Assembly: GCA_051530055.1 (NCBI GenBank)
Contig: CM121341.1
Coordinates: forward strand, 18,516,784 to 18,580,783
Direction of reading: 5' to 3'
Length of the DNA: 64,000 bases
DNA from: Neoechinorhynchus agilis
Taxonomy: Eukaryota > Animalia > Acanthocephala
Made by a program: the position numbers and the translations under genes
Shown here: positions 59,870 through 64,000 of the stretch, piece by piece
Position numbering within the stretch: the first letter of the stretch is position 1
How the letters are laid out: the number at the start of each line of letters is the position of its first letter
Notes under the pieces: generated by a model
Told to the model about the DNA's origin: nothing
What the model saw: the letters and a program-made list of their open reading frames with translations, nothing else
Database searches by the model: none

Positions 59870-60690
59870 AATATAAACTCCTATAGAGTCTTTTATAAAG
59901 TAAGTGAACTTTGCAATATGGTGTGTTCTGTTTTAGAGCACAAAAATTGAACACTGATCGTCGAAGGCAACGAGACTGTTCTAAGGATTTGACCTTAACA
60001 ACCTGAGGAGCTTTGTTTGTTTTGTGAAAATAGTATCCAGGCATTCGGTGAGAGGGTAAAATCAGCTTTGCAAATTTTGGATGCTCCTTTATTAAACATT
60101 TCAACATAACGCAATACCTTTAAAATTTATCTCTTCAAACGCCTTCAACATTTAGGAATCCCTTCACCCGATCTCTCTAAGTTTTACTTCAGCTTTATTT
60201 TACCCTTCCTCACTTACGGCTATCCTATCTTTTGCAACCTATCCAAATCACAAATCCGTCGTCTTGAAATGTTTCATAAAGGAGCATCTAAAATTTGCAC
60301 AGCTGACTTTCCCTCTCTCACCGAATGCCTTGATACCATTTTCATAAAAGAACGAAAACGTATCTCAACCCTACCACCACAATTTCTTCCACATATCGAT
60401 CCTTTTTCACATGAGCACAACACTCGTAATCCTAATTCGTTTCACCCACCTATACCTCGCACCTCACTATATCTACGCTCCTTTTTCCATGCTGCCCAAT
60501 CTTCTCGGATATCATAACCTGAAATGATTCTGAAGAAAGACCAACCTTACAAGCGCTCTTGCAAGCAATATCCGCCTGAACGGACATACCAAACAACGGA
60601 ATAATTGAATGTTTATGAGGACCCAAAGGTACATGGGTCTAATTTCTTAAACGCAAAAATTAATAAAACGTGTTATTATTATAATCCTCA
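59870..60690. mobile_element. L2/CR1-type LINE 3' fragments, head to head
   Basis: 60105-60690 (+) matches the 24405-25113 family; ~60015-60105 is an inverted homologue of 60265-60350. Confidence 0.7.
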
Positions 60691-61129
60691 ATTATATGAA
60701 AATAGTCTCTGAGATGCATTTTAGCTTTAAATGTCGCTATTAGTTGGTTAGTGCAAATCAAAGGTGGTTTTCGCGTTGCAGGGAAATTGAATCCGGCCAT
60801 TCTATTAGCGCTCCAGCACAAACTTGCGTTCTAAAGAAAAATTGAAAAAGAAGTTTTTATTGTGTCGATTTACAACAATCGATTTTATGACTTCGGAGTT
60901 AATAATATACGTCCCGCAGCCTTCACACATTTGTAACTCACCTGAAACGATCTTAATTAAACTGATACTTCTTCATATGTCTGTTTGCCACTTTTTTTAG
61001 CGATGAGAAACTCTGATCTGGAAATTTAATTGATGAAAATTTGGAAATATGAAGCTACCACATTAGTTAAATGTAGGTGTTTTTGTACAAGCTTGCCGAT
61101 TTTTATGCTTGCTGCCAATTGTTAAAAGT

Positions 61130-63600
61130 TCAGCAATTACGTTTTTAATCTACGATATTTTCAGGGAATATCAAGTGCTCCTCTCTGAGTATCCATCCTT
61201 TTATAATTATACTAAGAATCATAATTCCTTTTTGGACGGAGCTTTTATCAAAAAATCGATTGGGTTCAATTTTTGTCCTATCATCCAAGTTCAATCTCAA
61301 CAATATTTAGGAAATGATTTAATTTTATTCGAAGTTGATCGAATTAAATCTAAAAGTCGTCTTGAGGTCAATACTCGATCCATTCAAGAATTTAATTCCC
61401 AAATATACTCACTCTTATCATCCAACAACACTATTACTTTAACAAACTTAAATAATATAATTATTACCGCTATGAATACTCATCTCACTAAATGTCGTTT
61501 TATTAAGAGATACTTTATATCCAAACAAGCAATTCTTTTATAAATATTCTATACTTGGCAATTTGAGAAATGATGTGATTCTCCAGAAGGATGCTATTTC
61601 CAAATTCTTTTCTACAGTGTATCATGATTCCCTCGCTCGAAATAAAAAGCGACTTTTATCCGTCCCAGCGTTCACTAAGGAACTTTCGAATATAATTCTT
61701 AAGCGGAGATTTATTTCTCGGAAATATTTAGCTGCAAATTGGATTGGCACAATTTCTTACCCAGCAGTAGTCGAACAAATTCTTAATGCTCACACATTCT
61801 CTGTCTTCCCGCATCCATCCTTGTCCATCTTCACTCATAAACACTTTAGTTGGAACTTCACTACTACCGAGCTTTTAAAATTCTGGAAAATTAATCCTTC
61901 TGGGGCAAATAACTTTTCTAGTCCCCCCCACTTAATTTTTTCACTAGTCTCCGAAGAGAATAAGATCCTTTTCTCTGAAAATTTTTACGACAAAATCAAT
62001 ATAAATGACTTAATCGAGATGAATATTGTCAGGAAAATTTTTGTCCCCAAAGTTAAATCAAAAATTATTACCCCTTCTCACATATGGATGATCGCCATAC
62101 AAAATCCAATAATTTCCTTCTTCATATCTCGCTCGCAGTACAACGAGGCAATGCTGCTAGGGGCCGAGGAAGGAGAGAAGCTAAGATTTTGCGGACGGTG
62201 GTGATTGCATAGTTAATATTGGAATGTATCAAAGCATCGAATATAAAAATGGAAAAGCATTCCACACTAATCAGCTTTCTGGAAAGCAACAAAATTATTC
62301 CCCGGTCTTTTCATGGCTTCATTTCGGGTCGTGGTGTTCACTCTTTTTTTACAGAATTGCACTTCCTTAATGAAAAATACGTGAATGTAAATAAATTTTT
62401 AATTCAACTGGATTTGAATAAAGCATTCGACTGAATCGATAGACGACTATTGGATAAAGTGCTCTATTTTTTATAGTTCCAATGAATCTAATTTATAAAA
62501 TAAATAATCTTATGGAAACAAAATCTGTTTATTATGGCATAGACCCTGGCCGTACTCGTTTTTTTCTCTAAATACGGTGTACCACCGCTCCACTGTCCCC
62601 TACTCTGTTTCTAATTGTAATTATATATATTTTAAGAATATTGTGGCTAAATTAAAATCGGTCTACCTCCCTAATTTACGCAGATGACATTTTTATCTTT
62701 TGTAAACACAAAAGTAGGACTTTCCTCTTAAATCATATAGATTCCTTTTTAATGAGGTTACAGAATGGCCTCAAGGAAGGTAATTTAGTCGTTAATCCAT
62801 CAAAAACAGTTATCCTACCACTTACTAAATCTTACTCCTCTAGTGCTCAATTGAAAAAAGATCTAGCTGCGCATTCAACATTTTCAGCTTTTTTAGTCAA
62901 GAAAAAACCGAATACTTGGCATACATTTTCCATCAAATAGGCAACGTCTTTTGATTAATTCCTCGCTCTCTGGAATATTTTATAAAGCAAGAAATCTCTT
63001 GAATCGTATGCTTTGCCTTGAGCTCACTACTAATTATATTTATAGAATTTTAATTACGCTTTTAGGAGGTTCATTGTGCTTCTTTGCAAGGGGGCGTAAT
63101 CCTGAATTTCGATTGGCCTTTTTTCAATTATTTTATTAAAAAACTGAAGAACATTTTAAAAAAGTCATCGTTCCCAAATCGAAGTCTCCTCTCTGTCTTA
63201 CACCTTATTTTTCGACTAAAATCAAGTATTATTCTCCTTATTTTCCAGCCAATATTTTTTGAAAAATGAAATTTATTTAGTCTCCTTAAAAGCGAGGGCA
63301 CTGAATATCAAACCTGATCCTATTCTGATAAAACTTAATCCCTCCAAAAAGCTTGACTTTTATATTTTATTCACTAATTTAAATCAAAAAGACAAACTCG
63401 AAAGTATTGTGCAATTGAATCTTGATTTTAGACTAGTAAGCAGGTTATTTTTTTCTATGGAGGAAAAGGAGGAATCCGGGGGGTACTGAGATCTACTCTG
63501 ACTCGAGACTTTTCCTTTCTCTTCCTACTACTAACTTCTATATTTAGATATTTGGACAATGTATACAAATTTATGGATCCTTAAAAGACCTAATTAAAAA
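61130..63600 (+). mobile_element. Second copy of the 26468-30010 LINE (5' truncated, retains YADDI segment)
   Basis: Near-identical to 28015-29990; extra 62450-62715 with degenerate GVP..ST.SPTLF and YADDI; foreign insert at ~62123-62255. Confidence 0.88.
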
Positions 63601-63734
63601 AAATCTACGATATAATACACCCGATAGACTTGATAAATTTTGAAGTTCCCTAAAATATCACATTAAGCTTTTATATTTTTAATTGTTATCTATAAAAAGT
63701 TGAATAATTTTTTGAACTCTATATTCTGTACAAT

Positions 63735-63990
63735 GTGTTGGCGAGAAGGAGAATGCCTTCTCTGGAAAGCCACATTCGTGGACGCACTCGCAGCCAGCAA
63801 CGGCCACTGAGGACGACACGAATTACAAAATACAGCGACCTGGGTCGAAATAATTATTTCGTTCCCTTTGGTGCCGAGACACTCGGGTCCTTTGGTACCG
63901 CGGCGCAGGACTTGATCAACAATTGTCTAAGATACTAAGACCAATCCCTGGCGATTCGAGATCAGAAGCATTCCAACCTTTCAGTGTTTC
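63735..63990 (+). mobile_element. CRE-clade RLE C-terminal fragment
   Basis: KYSDLGRNNYFVPFGAETLGSFG. Confidence 0.7.
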
Positions 63991-64000
63991 TTATTTAAAA

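Overview
AT-rich animal genomic DNA. Phylum is not certain; a Pro-rich protein resembling rotifer proteins suggests Gnathifera/Syndermata, by inference only. Host genes: S1 serine protease, secreted LRR protein, RING-like protein, pyruvate kinase, tRNA-Ile(AAT), a small 3-exon secreted protein, an ASK1-like MAP3K, a Pro/Gly-rich structural-type protein, Pax1/9, and one or two multi-exon orphan genes with very short (31-52 nt) GT-AG introns. These are interspersed with CRE, L2/CR1, RTE, other LINE and Penelope-like retroelement remains (with hammerhead and HDV-like ribozyme motifs) and with MITE/foldback elements. Main discovery candidate: inserts that interrupt conserved coding motifs, are flanked by a TA direct repeat, share no sequence with each other, but each carry subterminal inverted repeats. 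The pyruvate kinase case (19315-19641) has no GT-AG solution that keeps the conserved ANAV-x-DG motif. The MAP3K (36294-36652) and protease (9420-9478) cases show the same architecture, although weaker canonical solutions exist for them. This points to a possible structure-defined, non-canonical intron or IES-like excision system beside an ordinary spliceosome. No searches or folding programs were run; family assignments come from recognised motifs.
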